Below are positions 37,594-50,984 of a stretch of 64,000 nucleotides of DNA, in pieces. The stretch is from Camelus dromedarius. Taxonomy: Eukaryota. Under the pieces are notes generated by a model. The model was given only the letters and a program-made list of their open reading frames with translations. It was not told the origin of the DNA and did no database searches. Within the stretch, counting starts at the first letter, position 1. Every line of letters starts with the position of its first letter. The stretch lies in assembly GCF_036321535.1 (NCBI RefSeq), contig NC_087436.1, forward strand, positions 34,784,001 through 34,848,000. The letters run 5' to 3'. A program made the translations under genes and the position numbers.

Positions 37594-39592
37594 GTAACAG
37601 TAAGAATGTCAGTGTTTCAGTTTCTATGCAAAAATTAAAGGTTTTTTTTTTTTTTTTAGTACTGCTGTATATTTGGGTAAAATCTGTAGTTGTGAATACA
37701 CCTGTTTACTTTGAATGTTGAAGGAAATAAAATTTAAGCCTTGTATTACAGGGATATGGATTGAAAATATGTCTTTTACTTGTTTAATAACAGAATGTGA
37801 AGCACTGAAGAAACTTAATTTGAGAGGTGTTATATTTCTTGCAGACTTTTTAATGTGTAAGTGCCGTCCAATAAAAATCAGGGCAAATCTGTTATCTTCT
37901 GATGTTAGCCATCAAAATTAGAGTTAAAACTGTTATATCACTCTTAAATTAATGAGGAAATCTGTTAGGTGATGCCTCTGTCACAAATATGAGATGCCAG
38001 GTTTGATGGACAGTGTTCAATATGGAATCACTGTATATGAAATCAATAATGTAGTCTTTAATAGGAAACTTTCCTTTTAAGAGACTTAGGTCTCTGTATA
38101 TAACTCTTTTCCTCTTGACTTACTACTTTTTCTGGGGATACTATCACTAGGTGGAGAGTTGAATTTTCATTTCTTATAAGTAGTTTCATAAACTATGAAT
38201 TTATTGACACCTTAGAAAATGTTTCAGAGTTTAGTCTAAGTTGAACTTAGTCTAACTAAATTATGTAATTATGCAATTAATTTGATTGGAATTAGTGTGT
38301 AAATTTCTAATACCTTTCAATATTTACAATCAAGTCTGCTAACCTTATTTTTGATATATTCTGATTTTGAGCAAATCTTACTCTATAGTATCAGAGATTT
38401 TCTTGAAAAAGATCCTTCTACTCAGATGGTTTTTACATGTTTCTTTTTCCTGTGTGAATTTTAGTTACTAATTGAAGGGAAATAAGAAGCAAATAGAGCT
38501 GTGTGTAAAATCACACCAGTACTGATTTTCTGATTGACAGAAGGAGCTAATCATTTTGTATTCCCAGTCTGTACTTGGGTAGGGAAAACCTAGTCTTTCT
38601 AGTTGACCATTTTGGTGCCCTTAACTTAATCTTCTACTGGATCTTTCAAAAACCTAGGTCACTTCCTTTTTTCCTGGAGAATGAATCATTAAGTAAATTA
38701 GCTAACTTCGGTACTGGAACAACTGTTTCTGATACTTCACAGAGATACATTTCCTTTAAGACTGTCAAATGCAGACATGAGAACATGAAAGTTAAAAAGA
38801 AATATTTTTACATAGTCTATGGCATTAGATGATCAAGGCCCCTGCTTTTGAACAAATAGGATTTTATTGAAGGTTCTGTTAGTGATTGGTTGACTTGTTA
38901 GAGAAGGACTTTAGAGAATTTTTATAGGATTATATTTTATTTAGGTTGGGATGGGTGTAATTGAACAAGTAGACAATGGAGCAAAAAAATTATTTTCAAG
39001 GCGTTAACAACATTTTGAGGGAGACAGAAATGAAAGTAGTTAATTATAACATGATGGGAGATGAAATATAAACAAAGAGAAGTTTTTTTTTTTTTTTTTT
39101 TCATTTTTGGCCAAAAAAATCCTCCCAAACCAGTTTGTCTATCTTTACTTTCTTAACATCTAACACTTGATAATATTGATGGCTTCATATATTCATGTGT
39201 GAAACAATTGGACAGAAATAGAAAATTGATAAAGAAAAATCTTAGTTCTTCAAAGATCTACAAAGTTGGAGAAATTTCAGAGTGATTCAGTAGTTAATGC
39301 TTTTTATCTAATTTTTTCAGTTATACTTCCGAATTTTTATCCTTATTTTTTTTACCCTTAATGATACTATATACAATATGTAGTACCACAAGCTAACTTC
39401 TTACATGAAGTCATATAGCTAAGTGGTAACTTAATTACCAGTTTTTTGAAATCACATTTTCTTCATGGTAATTAAAAAAGACTGAAAGGAACTTCATGTT
39501 AATCTAGTTGAATATTGTACTTTCTCTCCCTTCTGATGTGGTAGAGTATACTCTGTTGATTCTGAGATTTAGTTGTCAAGAAATGTTTTGAC

Positions 39593-39772
39593 GTTCATTC
39601 ATTCATTCATTCCTACAGCAAATGTTTATTGAGAGCCTTTTGTGTTTAAGCATAGTTCAGCTGGAGATATTTATTGAGAACTGACTGTGTGTTAGGTTAG
39701 AATTCAGCTGTAGATAAATCAGTGACTAGAACAGACAAAATACCCTGTCTTCATGGAGCTTTAAGTTATCAC
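39593..39772 (-). mobile_element. L2 3' end
   Basis: (TTCA)n tail, AAATGTTTATTGAG, and AACAGACAAAATACCCTGTCTTCATGGAGCTT. Confidence 0.75.
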
Positions 39773-39990
39773 ACTAATATTTATCTCATTTCTGTAAAGA
39801 GAAGTAACACTTCGGGTGAATACTTGTTATAGTGTTCAAGCAACATATGAACATTTTACTGCTAATGCAATTAATTATATCACCTGCTATAGGGAATTAT
39901 GAATGAAGTCACATTAATTTCTAATTTTTGTTCTTTTCCCTTTTTCTTTCTTAACTGGTTAAAGTACAAAGCTATTGTTACTACGTTTAG

Positions 39991-40103
39991 AATATATACA
40001 TATATTCTATATATATAAAAATATATATTACATATAATATATAAAAATGTATATTACATATATACATGTATATATACACACATATATGTATATGAATATA
40101 TAT
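39991..40103. repeat. Degenerate (TA)n low-complexity tract
   Basis: Read directly. Confidence 0.9.
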
Positions 40104-43099
40104 TTTTTCCATTTCTGTTGGTGGAAATAAGTTGATGACAATTATATTTTTACTTATTTTGAGAACCAAAGGCTGATTTTTTTCTTTCTGCCTCCCGCTT
40201 CAGGCTTTTATTGCAAAATTTTGTGTTTTGTGTTGAATTGTCTTTTCTAGAGTTAGAGTTTGCTAATAGCCTTATAATTGTAAAACAAATTCCAGTTATT
40301 TTTGACAGAAGGATCAAGGCATCTATGTTAGGGAATGAGGGAGGGGCTAGTGGTTTTAGATCCTGTGACTGGTTTAGAAGCACAGCTGAAGATGGTTGTT
40401 TTATTCAACCAGCAGCTTATTTCTGAACTGGACTGTCATGGTCCTTGAACCCCCAAGGGTCTTTTTGGAGATTTAGGTGGATGTGGAGTGGGAATACAAA
40501 CCTATGTTCCTGATGGACATCATTCTCTTTTGTTTCTGGTTGACAGTCTGCAAGGCCAGATGTGAGTTTTCTATGTGTGATATCAGTTTTTTCAGGTAGA
40601 GTAAAAAGATTTTGTTTTGTGTATGTTGACAGGACTTAATTGAACATCTTCAGGGGTACCACAAATTAAGTGTAAATGGAGTAAAATTGTGATGAATTAA
40701 GTATGAATGACTCTAAACTTTGAGAATGTAACAGAAAAGTTGTGTTAGTGGTGAGAGGGAACAATGGCTTTTTAGAAAAGTATTGGGAGCTGGAAGACTG
40801 AATTCTGACTTTTTTTCTAATGTCGAACAGGGATCCTTAAATGGTGGAATTTTCTTTCTAATCTTTTTAGCTCCTCCTCCTTGAACATTTCATAGTTTTT
40901 TATTTGTAGCTCTTTAGATTTTTAACTTCTTTTGTAATTATTTATGCAGACACGTTCTGTTGTTTCCTCTATTAGGCATATTCTTCTTCATGACATTATT
41001 TATGACTGATTAATACTTTATGTTTACTATAGCGCTTTGAACAGCACTTTGCATATAGTAAGTGCAAAATGATTATCATTTGAATGAGTGAATAGTGCTA
41101 CTTACCTATCTAGGATATCTTTGAATCCGACTGAAGAACAGCTGAAATTCTTGCGTAAGAAAGGAAATTGAAATGTTATATTGTTTAGGTCAGTTTTAAA
41201 CGCAGGCCAGACTTGTATAGTGATTATTAATTTATTCGCCTGTTGTCTGCTCTTTAGCATGCATAAATATGGCATTGGTCCAGATAGTTTTAAGTGGCCA
41301 GATGTCTACTTCTGTCTCAACTGGCTCCAAGTATTTTTGGCAGACTCAACAAAAGGGCAAAGAACAGAATGGGACTGAAACTTGTGCCTCCTACTTACCC
41401 TCAGTTGTGGAGTATTTTCAAGGCAAAATATTCCCATTATTTGTCTTGTATCATTAAAACTATTTAAGATAACTGTCATTATCTATTCTTAAATATTGTC
41501 AGATTAAAAGGTCTTGCAAACATGTCTTTACTGTTCACATTTTGAATAAAATAAATGAATCAGTGTAATTTTTATAGTCAAAATTATACATTTCTTTTAG
41601 TGTAAGAGTGTCACTTTTCACTGAATTGTCTGTTTTCCAACTCTTAACTATGTTATTTTGACTTTGATATGAACTTCCATTCATTCAAACCATCCCACTT
41701 TCCCTTCCTAAAATCTTTCCTTTCTACCCTAGATAGGCTCTCTCTCTTTCGTACTTCATGTCTAAGTGTTGCTTCCTTTGGTTCCTGGTACTTTTATCAT
41801 TTGCCGAGCCAGTCCTCAGCATTTAATCACTTCTACTCTAGTGGCATAACATTTTGTTCTGTATTCACACTGTTTAAGATCGGCCACATTCTTAATTCTG
41901 CTTGGCCATTCTTTTATTTACTTCTTGATAACTCAGTTTTTTTTTTGGGGGGGGGGACCAGAGAGAATAAAGTGGTACTCTACAGGTTGAATGTATTTTT
42001 TATCCAGTACAGGAAATTTCACACACCTATCCATATTTGGGGGTTTTCTTGGAAAAAATGGAAAAATTTGATGATACTACGTTCTCATTCCTTTGAAGCA
42101 GTAATCTGGTGGTGCCGAGTCAGCTGCTGTCTTTATATGGGGCCTTCTTAGTCTAATTTGACTCAGTTTCCTCTGGTCTCTGTCATTCTATACCAGGACC
42201 ACTTTATCTGTTGACATATGCCAGCCTGGCTCCTGTGGGCATTTTCAAACTTGAACATGTTTTCTATCTCTCTGAGTTAAGAAACACTATAATTGTATGT
42301 GCCCCCCAAATTACTGTCATATTACCTTGAATTTGTATACACAGGTGCTGCCACTTCTTCCCTGTCACTCCATCTTCCTCTTCCCTTCCTGAAGTCTGAC
42401 TTCTGCGTCTGTGTAGTCACAGAAAGCTGTTTATGCATAATAGCTTCTGAATCCATTGCTCAGTCTATCTTTAGCCTTAGGTGATGGATTTTAGAACTTT
42501 TTTCATTATGTGTACTTGTCCTTTCAGAAGCCCCTGTCTGACTGTATTCTTTGGTCGCCACTCCTCTCGGTTCTTTCTGGGTGTTTGTCCAACAAAGCTT
42601 TCTTAGATCTTCTCCCTCTGTATGTACTCCTTCAGTGATTTTATTTACTTACATGACTACCAATGCTCATGTCTAATATGATAGCAATAAAAGCTGCATC
42701 AGTAGCCTTTCTCTTCACTGTGATCAACATATATCTTTTCACCGGCGTGTCCCTCACTTACCTTCCTCTGTTCAGTCCAGCATACAGAAATTAGCATTTC
42801 TATTCATTGACTTACTCATTTCTTAAATATTCAGCTCCTGCTTTGTGCCGGATGTGTGCTGATGTCCAGATATTAGGACTAAAGTGGTGAGCCAAACAGG
42901 ACATTGAGTTAAGTGGGGGGAAATACATTGAACAAATAATCACAAAAATTAGTGTAAAAATGCAGCTTGGGTAAGTGGTAAGAAGGAGGGACACAGGATG
43001 ATAAGAAAGCATATAATATGAGGCTTGATTGTTATCTGGGGTTCTGGGAAAACTTGACTCTCTTTATCTAAGTTGTTCCATAATTACTCTTATTTCCTA

Positions 43100-43256
43100 A
43101 ACCCTTTCTACTTAAAAGTATGATTTAAGATCAACAATATTGACATCATCTGGGAGGTTATTTGAAATGCAGAATCTCAAATCTACTGAACTGAATCTGT
43201 CTTTTAATAAGATCCCTAAGTGAATTCTGTGCACACTGAAGTTTAAGCAGCACTGC
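43100..43256. mobile_element. MER5-like hAT MITE
   Basis: CATCATCTGGGAG..GAAATGCAGAATCTCA..AAGATCCC..GTGAATTC..TGCACACTGAAGTTTAAG..GCACTG. Confidence 0.7.
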
Positions 43257-44271
43257 CCAGGCTAGATTCTGGAGTTTTCTTTACTATTTTCTATTATACT
43301 TCTCTATCCTATGATATTTTATAATTTTCTTGGAATATTTCTTGAATTCTTTTACCCTAATCTAGAATTTTTGTGCATCACCTCCTAGGTACTCTACTTA
43401 ATCCTAGCCTCTCTGTATTGTAACTCATTTTGCTTACAGTTGGCCAATTAACCATAGGAAAACAGTGCTTTCTTTAGCATTCCTCTGATCCTGTGATAAT
43501 CTATACAACAAATTTAAATTTCTCTGCTTGACTGAAAAAGCTTTTCATAATTTGGTTTTCTTCCATCTAAAGCATGTATCATTTTCCCAGACTTCATCAG
43601 AATGCATTAAGCTCATTTATTGTTTCAAGAAATATTTTTAAGCCTATGAGACAGTGTTAAAGTTGATAAGAGAGGTGAATAAGTAAGAATATTCTTATTT
43701 TTCTTAGTGTTTCATAAGAACTTCATATACACAGTAAGGCTATTGACCGTATACATTGCTGACTTTTTAAAGTTTGTTTTTTTAGTTCTTCACTTTGTTT
43801 TCAGCAATTTTGCTTTTAGAAATTTCAGAAATAAAAGTTTATATACAGTGAAATGATTTGATTTGATTAAGTAAAATAAGTAAATACTTATTTTTATCCC
43901 CTTAAAAAATCTTGGAAGCATATTCCATTTGGCTGCCCATCTTTACCCTCTAGTTGTTTTTCTGAAGTCTTTGACCATACTATATATAATTATCTTAAAT
44001 TTCAAACTAACTTTTCTCTTTCATGTTATCTTAATCTCATAAATATTCTTAATGTCATTTTTCACTCCAATACACATGAAATAGCTAAATATAGTCTTTG
44101 GCAATAAAACAGAATTTGAAAATTTTCATATAATTACTTAATAAAAATAAGTCTTAATTAAGAGAACCAATTATATCTTATTTGTGGTTATCTTGGAAAA
44201 ACGATTTGGAACTTCCCTAAAGCTGGTGACCTTTTACAATTATGACTCATGATTTGAATACATAGAAAGTA

Positions 44272-44705
44272 ACGTGGATTGAATTACTTGCTTTTGTTCT
44301 CCTTTTCTCCATGGTTGGTCTTTGGGATATGGTATTGCAGGTCCTTCTACTAGGGGAGAAGTCTGCATCTTTGCCCTTGGATTTTGGCTCAGCCATGTGA
44401 TCTGCTTTGGCCAGTGGGATGGCTGTTAGAAAGGACCCAAATAGAGGCTTAATAAGTGCATGCGTGATGGGGCTTGTCCTCTTGTGCCTCATCACCATGA
44501 GAAGGACATATTCTGGCTAGCCTGGTGGTCTAAAAAAGATGAGGGAGATATGGAGTAAACCAGACTCAACCCGAAGCTGGACAACAGGCCTAGAGTACAA
44601 CAAACACACAGACATAGGAGAAAATGTAAATGATTGCTATTTTAAGCCACTGGGCTGTGGGGTGGGTTGTGGTATGCCACTGTTGAGGAAATAGCTAACA
44701 ATACA
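44272..44705 (+). mobile_element. MaLR LTR, MLT1I-like
   Basis: GCTCAGCCATGTGATCTGCTTTGGCCAGTGG; CACCATGAGAAG; TTTTAAGCCACTG..AATAGCTAACAATACA. Confidence 0.75.
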
Positions 44706-44749
44706 AAAACTAACAAAATAATATTCCAACTAGAAAATCATTAATTTTC

Positions 44750-45455
44750 ATCAAAAATCTGGGAGTCTTCATTGATTCCTCAGTGTCACTCATCCTCTGC
44801 ACTCAGTCCATCAGCTACTTTTGTTCTGTCTCCAAGGTAAAGAAAATACCTCCACTCTTCGTCTCCGTTGCTGCTACTCCCATCATCCCTTGCCTGGACT
44901 TCCGCAGTGACGTCCTAACTGGTCTGGTTGCTATCATTGTCTGTCTTGTCTTCACAAAGCAGTAAAGAGTGTCAGATCCTATTACTTCTCTGCTTAAAAC
45001 CTGCAGATAGTTTCTCACTACCTTCAGAGTAAAATCTACGCTTTACCTGGTCTAGCCCTTGCCTACCCTTTGACTTCAGCTTGTACCATTTTCACCCTTG
45101 TTCATTGCTCATGTGGTCCTTACGCTTTTTCTGAAATAAGTCATATTGCGGCCAACAGATTATTGTTTGGCTGCTTGCTCTGGTATCACTTAGGTGTACC
45201 AGCTTTAATGTTACCTCTGCAGAGAGCGTCCCTTGTCCACTGAGTCTTTAGAAGTCTCCACATCCAGTCATTTTTCTTAAATCACATCATCCCACTTTGT
45301 TTTCTTTATTTCTTAATTTTCCATGCCTGTCATGATTGGGAATTATTTTGTGCATTTGTTTCTGGAGTGAGCAGAGTACTTGTCTGTCTTGTGCCTTTGT
45401 ATCTCTGAGGCTTAGAATGTAGTAGAGGCTCCGTAAGTATTTCCTGAATTAATGT
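44750..45455 (+). mobile_element. L2 3' region
   Basis: AAAATCTGGGAGTCTTCATTGATTCCTC; CCTAACTGGTCT; CTCTGCTTAAAACCTGCA; 3' end GTAGAGGCTCCGTAAGTATTTCCTGAATTAATG. Confidence 0.75.
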
Positions 45456-46303
45456 ATAACTATATTTTAATTTAAAACATTTATAATTTTGTCATATTGA
45501 TAATGTGTTGCTCTAACCATATTGTTTTGAATAGTCAATATTTTTCTGTGGAGTAATTTATACATACAGATGATACAGTTATACATGAAAAGGATCCATT
45601 TTAAACCAGTATTTTTGATTAGTTTATCAGTATCATATTCATGTTGAAATTAATTTTTATCAAGTGGAAAATCTTTTTAATAGCATCAGATTTATGGGAT
45701 GTGATGTGAGTCATATGAGGTCATCTTTTGCCTTTCTTCTATAAAACCATAGTTTCATCTGTAGAATTCCTATCAGTCTTTCAGAGATTGGCATTTAAAA
45801 TTCATATTCGCTTAGAAAGGAGAAAGAAACTTTTGTAGCTTAAATCTCAGTTAATATGTTTGTTAAATTGCTACTTTAACAAGATGCTGCTTGCAAACTG
45901 TGGACTTCACGGGAATTGAAAGGGAAAAAAAATGGCACTAAAGGGGAAGAAATTGTAGAAAATAAATTTGTGAAGGAAATGATAGATTGCTCCTAGCCCC
46001 AAAGTGTTTCAGTTATACAGGAAAGTTAACAAACATGCACGAACTTACCCATTTTGCCATATTTGTTCTAAATCCGTGTTTCCTGTTTTTGTTTTAAAGA
46101 AAAAAATAATCAACATTTGAAGCCCCCCAAGTATCTCTTTCTAATTCTTATCTACTCACACGGCATAGTTGACTCCCTCCTGGGAGTTACTTTTTATGTC
46201 TCTGTAGTTTGACTAGTTTCTCTGCAGTTGACTACAGGGGGATGTTTATGTATATACACATACTTGTTACATGCTCTAGTTTTGTACATTTTTTATTCCA
46301 TTT

Positions 46304-46763
46304 CAGCAATTCTCAAACTTTTTAATTCTAGGTCCCTCTTATACGCCTAAAAATTATTGAAAACCCCCCAAAATTCTTGTTTATGTGAATTATATCTATC
46401 AGTATTTACTTATCTGAAATTTAAACTAATGTTTAAATATATAATATATTTAATAATAGTAAGGCTATTACATATTAGCATAAATAACATTTTACTTAAA
46501 GAATATATTGTTCAAGACCAAAAAAGAAAAGAACCACTTCAAGAGTGGCATTGTTTTACATTGTTTTGCAAATCTTTTTAATATTAGGCTTAATAAAAGA
46601 CAGTTGGATTATCATTGATCTCTTTCTGCATGCGGCCTCTGGAAAACTCCACTTTATCCTTGAGAGAGAACAAGAATGAAAAAGGCAAATAACATCTTAG
46701 TTTTATTACGACCCTGAATAGGAGACTCCTAGGGATCCCCAGACCACATTTTGAAAACTGTTG
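46304..46763 (-). mobile_element. MER119-like Charlie1 deletion derivative, nested in an old L1ME-like fragment
   Basis: TIRs CAGCAATTCTCAAA...TTTGAAAACTGTTG. Internal GCCTCTGGAAAACTCCACT and AAAGGCAAATAACATCTTAGT. Confidence 0.75.
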
Positions 46764-47039
46764 TTCAGTGTAAATGGTATTGTGTTGCTCCCGCTATTCA
46801 GCAACATTTTCTGTGCAACTTTTTTTTTAATGTTTATCCATGTTGTTACATATTGGATCTACACAGTATAAAATTTCATTCTTTATACTACAATTCATTT
46901 ATTGTTGTGTGGATACTCATTTAAGATGTACTCCATTTTTTCACTTTATAAGACAGTGCTGTTTAGAACATTCTTGGGTATCCTGGTGGGATGTTATTAG
47001 GAGTAAGTAGTAAAGGGTGATTCCAGGTTGCATACTTAG

Positions 47040-48215
47040 CTGTCGTATGATGTATGGACTTGGAGGCTGTTGTGAGGACATTCATTTTTACTTTGAGAAG
47101 ATTGGAAGCCATTAAGTCTTTTAAAAACAAAGTTGTAACGTCATATGACTTCATATTTTAAAGGATCATACTAGCCTACTGCGTTGAGAACTGGGGTGGT
47201 AAAGGTGGAAGCCAGGAAACAGTAAGAGACCAGTGCGGCAATGGAGGTGTGAGAGACAGTGTGCTTGGACTCAGGTGAAGTGGTGGAGGTTGTATTCTGA
47301 TTATTTTTAAGATTGACCTGATAGCACATTGGACAGTGGAGTATGAGAAAACTAGAAGAGTATGGATGATTCCAAGATACCTGGTCTCAGAAATTATAAG
47401 AATGGATTTGTCCTTTAGTGAAACGGAGAAGACTAACGGAGGAGAAAGATGGAGGTTAGAGGTCAGAAGTTTAGTTCTGAATATGCTCAATATGAGATAT
47501 CTGAAGTTAGGTAAGCAGTTAGATTTACGGCTAGATTCAAAGATGAGGTGCTGTCTGTGTGTATAAATTTGGTTTCAATGGAATGTAGATGGCATTTGAG
47601 CATTAATAAGCTTATGTAAGGAATGAATGTAAATAGAGAAGAGAGAAGATCCCAGATCTGAACCTTAATGTACTTAAAAATTCAAAAGTTGGGAAGATAT
47701 GAAGAAAAAGTAGCTAGTGTGAAAGGAGGAGGGAGCCAAATGACAAAGTAAAGACAGCGTCACTAGAGGAGGAAGTGATAAACTATGTCAGGTATTTGCT
47801 GAGTTGAGGATTGAGCACTGGATTTTAGTAACATGGAGGTCTTGGGGTATAGGTGGAGTGGAAAATAAAGCTTGATTCTAATAGGATCATGAGTGAATGG
47901 GAGGAGTAGATAGCAGTAAATATGGGCAGAATTTTTGAGGCATTTTGTTGTGAAGAAGGGGAGTAGCAAAGTTGGATAACAGCTAGAGAAGGATATGGAT
48001 CTGAGGGTGATAAAGAAGAGATGAGATTGGTGATTGAAAGGAGAATGGGTAAACTGCTGGAAATTATGTCACTGAGACGGTAAGACAGGATAGGATGTTA
48101 TTTGAATGGATGGGATAGGAGCACAGATGGTTTATCCATAGTTAGAGGAGGGAAGGCAGAGTATGTAGATATAAATGCAGGTGAGTTGGTGGAGTGTTCC
48201 AGTGAGTGTGTGGAA
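47040..48215 (-). mobile_element. L2 fragment (ORF2 region)
   Basis: TGGAAGCCATTAAG; TTTTAAAGGATCA; TGGATTTTAGTAACATGGAGGTC; purine-rich antisense L2. Confidence 0.7.
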
Positions 48216-48569
48216 GTTTTCTTCTAATTATATATGCTTACAGGTGTGTATGTGTGCGTGGGCATGTGAGGGCATGCAAACATTTATCTATTGAATGTTA
48301 TTTATACTTATTTATTTAAATACTTTTTTATTGTCTAGGAAGCAAGGTCAATCATTGGGTGTGAGGGTGGGGGAAAAGGAAATATTGGAGGTTTGAGAAG
48401 AAAGAAATATACAGTGGACATCTAGGCATGTGGGGCATGGATGATTTAGTATTTCTCCAAGTGTGGTCAAAATTATTTTCAAAATAATACACAGTATTTG
48501 TTTTTCCATTCTCATTCTCTTCTGAGGGTATGGTAGAGGCCATATAAGAGACTGAGTGCACAAATACTC

Positions 48570-49860
48570 TGGCTGAGATTTTGATTAGGATTGCATTAAT
48601 CCTTTAGATTAATTTGTGGGAGTTGACCTCTTTGCAGTATTAAATCCCCTAATCCATTAATATGGTATATCCTTCTGTTTATTTAGGGTTTTTTTTTTTT
48701 TTTTTCAATTTTCCTCAGAAATGCTTTATAGTTTCCAGTGCACAGGTCCAGTACATCTTTGATTAGATTTATTTTCAAGTGTTTGACTTTTTGGTGCTAT
48801 TATAAATAATAGTTTGTAAATACTATTTTATGTATCTCTTAATGTTGGTGTGTAGGGATTCAAATGATTTTTGTCTATTGACCTTGTCACAAAGCAGCCT
48901 TCCTCAGTTCACTCATTAATTGTTATTCTCTAATCACTTTCACTTTCAAAGGATATTTCCACTTGGTATCGGGTTAGAGGTTTAGAGGATTGTGTGAATG
49001 TGTGTATGTTTCCTTCAGCATTTTAAAGATATCTTTAATGTGTCTTATATATCTTGACGTCTTTTGAAAAATTTCCTGAAGTCTTGTTGGTTCTTTGATG
49101 ATAATGCCTTTTTTCTTTGCTTCTTTTTAAGATTTCTTTCTTTTTTTTTTTTTTTCTCTCTCTCTCTCTCTTTTTTTCCCCCAGTTTGACTTTGTTGTGC
49201 TTAAGTGTGGTTTCTTGGTAGTTTTTCTGTTTGGGATTTATTGAGTTTCTTAAATCTGTGGATTGATGTTTTTCATAAGTTTTGGGAAAGGCCTTATCCA
49301 TTATCTCTTTGGCTATTGCTTCAAGCTGATTCTTTTTCATGGGGACCACAATTGCATGTATGTTGTACCTTTTAAATGTGTCCCACGTGTATTTTCCACG
49401 CAATTCTGTTTGTTCTAGCCTTCTTTTCACATGCTTCAGTTATTCATGCTTCATATTTTCTAGTGGTCTGTTATTTTTAATTTGCTAATTCTATCTTCTG
49501 CTGTAATCAGGATGGTGTTAAATATATCCAAAGAGTTCCTAACATCAGATACACACTTTTTTTTTTTAGTTCTAGAATGGAATTTTAATTCTTAGTTTTT
49601 ATAGATTCTGGATTTTTTGTTGAAATTCATCTTTTATCCACTTATATATAGGTGTATATGTATTACCCATTTTTTCCAGTCTACTCTGTTTTCTTCAACA
49701 TTTTAATCATAGTTATTTTAGCCTATGCTAACAATAATATCTGGATTATTTGAGTCTGTATTTATTGTCTCTCTTTCCTGTAGATTATTGATCACATATT
49801 TCTGCCCTTTTCCTGTCTGATAATTTTTGATTGTTATGTCAGATAGTGTGTTAAATGACA
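48570..49860 (-). mobile_element. Ancient L1/HAL1 fragments including an ORF1 remnant
   Basis: The minus-strand ORF 49035-49430 has decayed ORF1p motifs (WDTFKRYNIHAIVVP, EIMDKAFP, KEILKRSKEK; compare WDxIKRxNxRIIGVP, EIIxENFP, KILKAAREK). Confidence 0.7.
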
Positions 49861-50523
49861 GTAGAGTTCCAGGCACTATCTTTCATCAGGGCAGGTTTCC
49901 CTTTTTCACCATTGGGCAGATAGGGTGAGGGGCTAATGTATCCAGGAATCCAGCCAAACTGGGGCTTCTTTGTCATCTTAGTAAGACTGCTACTTTATTT
50001 CAGTTATTTTGGTGTGGACCTTCTAAGCTTTTGATTGAGAGCTCCATAAAGACTGTTGATAATTCACTTCTTCCCCAAGAAATAATTAGTCCTTTAACTT
50101 CCTGCCCTTTATATTTATACCTTCAAATTCTGATAAATGTCTTGAAGAAGATGGGTTTTGTATTTAAACCAAATACCTTTTTTAGCAGAATTTTGTCTCC
50201 AACATACGGACTATAGGGGATTTCATGCTGGCTTTTAGACACATTCTTCCTAGTTCCCCAACTTTTTAAGTACAGCCCAGAATTTAGCAAATGTACCTTG
50301 AAGAAAAATTAGCTTCTTTGTTTCAGATTTGCACTCTGCTCGCTGAAAGAGACATGACTAACCTCTAAAAGCTGTGTTGGTTTTATTCCTCTGGTAGAGT
50401 CTCTTAGGGTGGCCCAAGCCGGATTCTTAGTCCGAACCTAAAATTACTGTATGCCTCCAAACAGCAAATGGCCCTGAGAAGAAATCAGCAGGCGTTTTGG
50501 GGAGCTTTTTTCCTTTCCCCTCA

Positions 50524-50984
50524 TTTTTTTTTAAACATTTTTAAATTGAGTTATAGTTATTTTACAATGTTGTGTCAAATTCCAGTGTAGAGCACAATTT
50601 TTCAGTTATACATGAATATACATATATTCACTGTCACATTTTTTTTCTCTGTGAGCTACCACAAGATCTTGTGTGTATTTCCCTGTGCCATACAGTATAA
50701 TCCTGTTTATCTATTCTACATTTTGAAATCCCAGTCTGTCCCTTCCCATCCCCCACCCCCTTTGTAACCACAAGTTTGTATTCTATGTCTATGAGTCTGT
50801 TTCTGTTTTGTATTTATGTTTTGTTTAGTTTTAGATTCCACATATGAGCGATCTCATATGATATTTTTCTTTCTCTTTCTGGCTTACTTCACTTAGAATG
50901 ACATTCTTCAGGAGCATCCATGTTGCTGCAAATGGTATGGAATACTATTCAGCCTTAAAAACTGACAACATAATATAATGCCAT
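50524..50984 (-). mobile_element. Young (camelid-type) L1 3' end with a short inverted 5' segment
   Basis: Poly-T then an antisense 3' UTR to CCATGTTGCTGCAAATGG (50935), followed by sense-oriented TATGGAATACTATTCAGCC... Confidence 0.85.

Noticed and set aside
41669..42151. 160-aa intronic ORF
   Set aside because: Phe/Ser/Leu-rich translation of T-rich sequence overlapping probable repeat remnants, with no homology or exon signals.
49035..49430. 131-aa minus-strand ORF as a possible domesticated L1 ORF1 gene
   Set aside because: Motifs are decayed, the frame drifts, and it is interrupted by a simple repeat. It is a fossil, not a gene.
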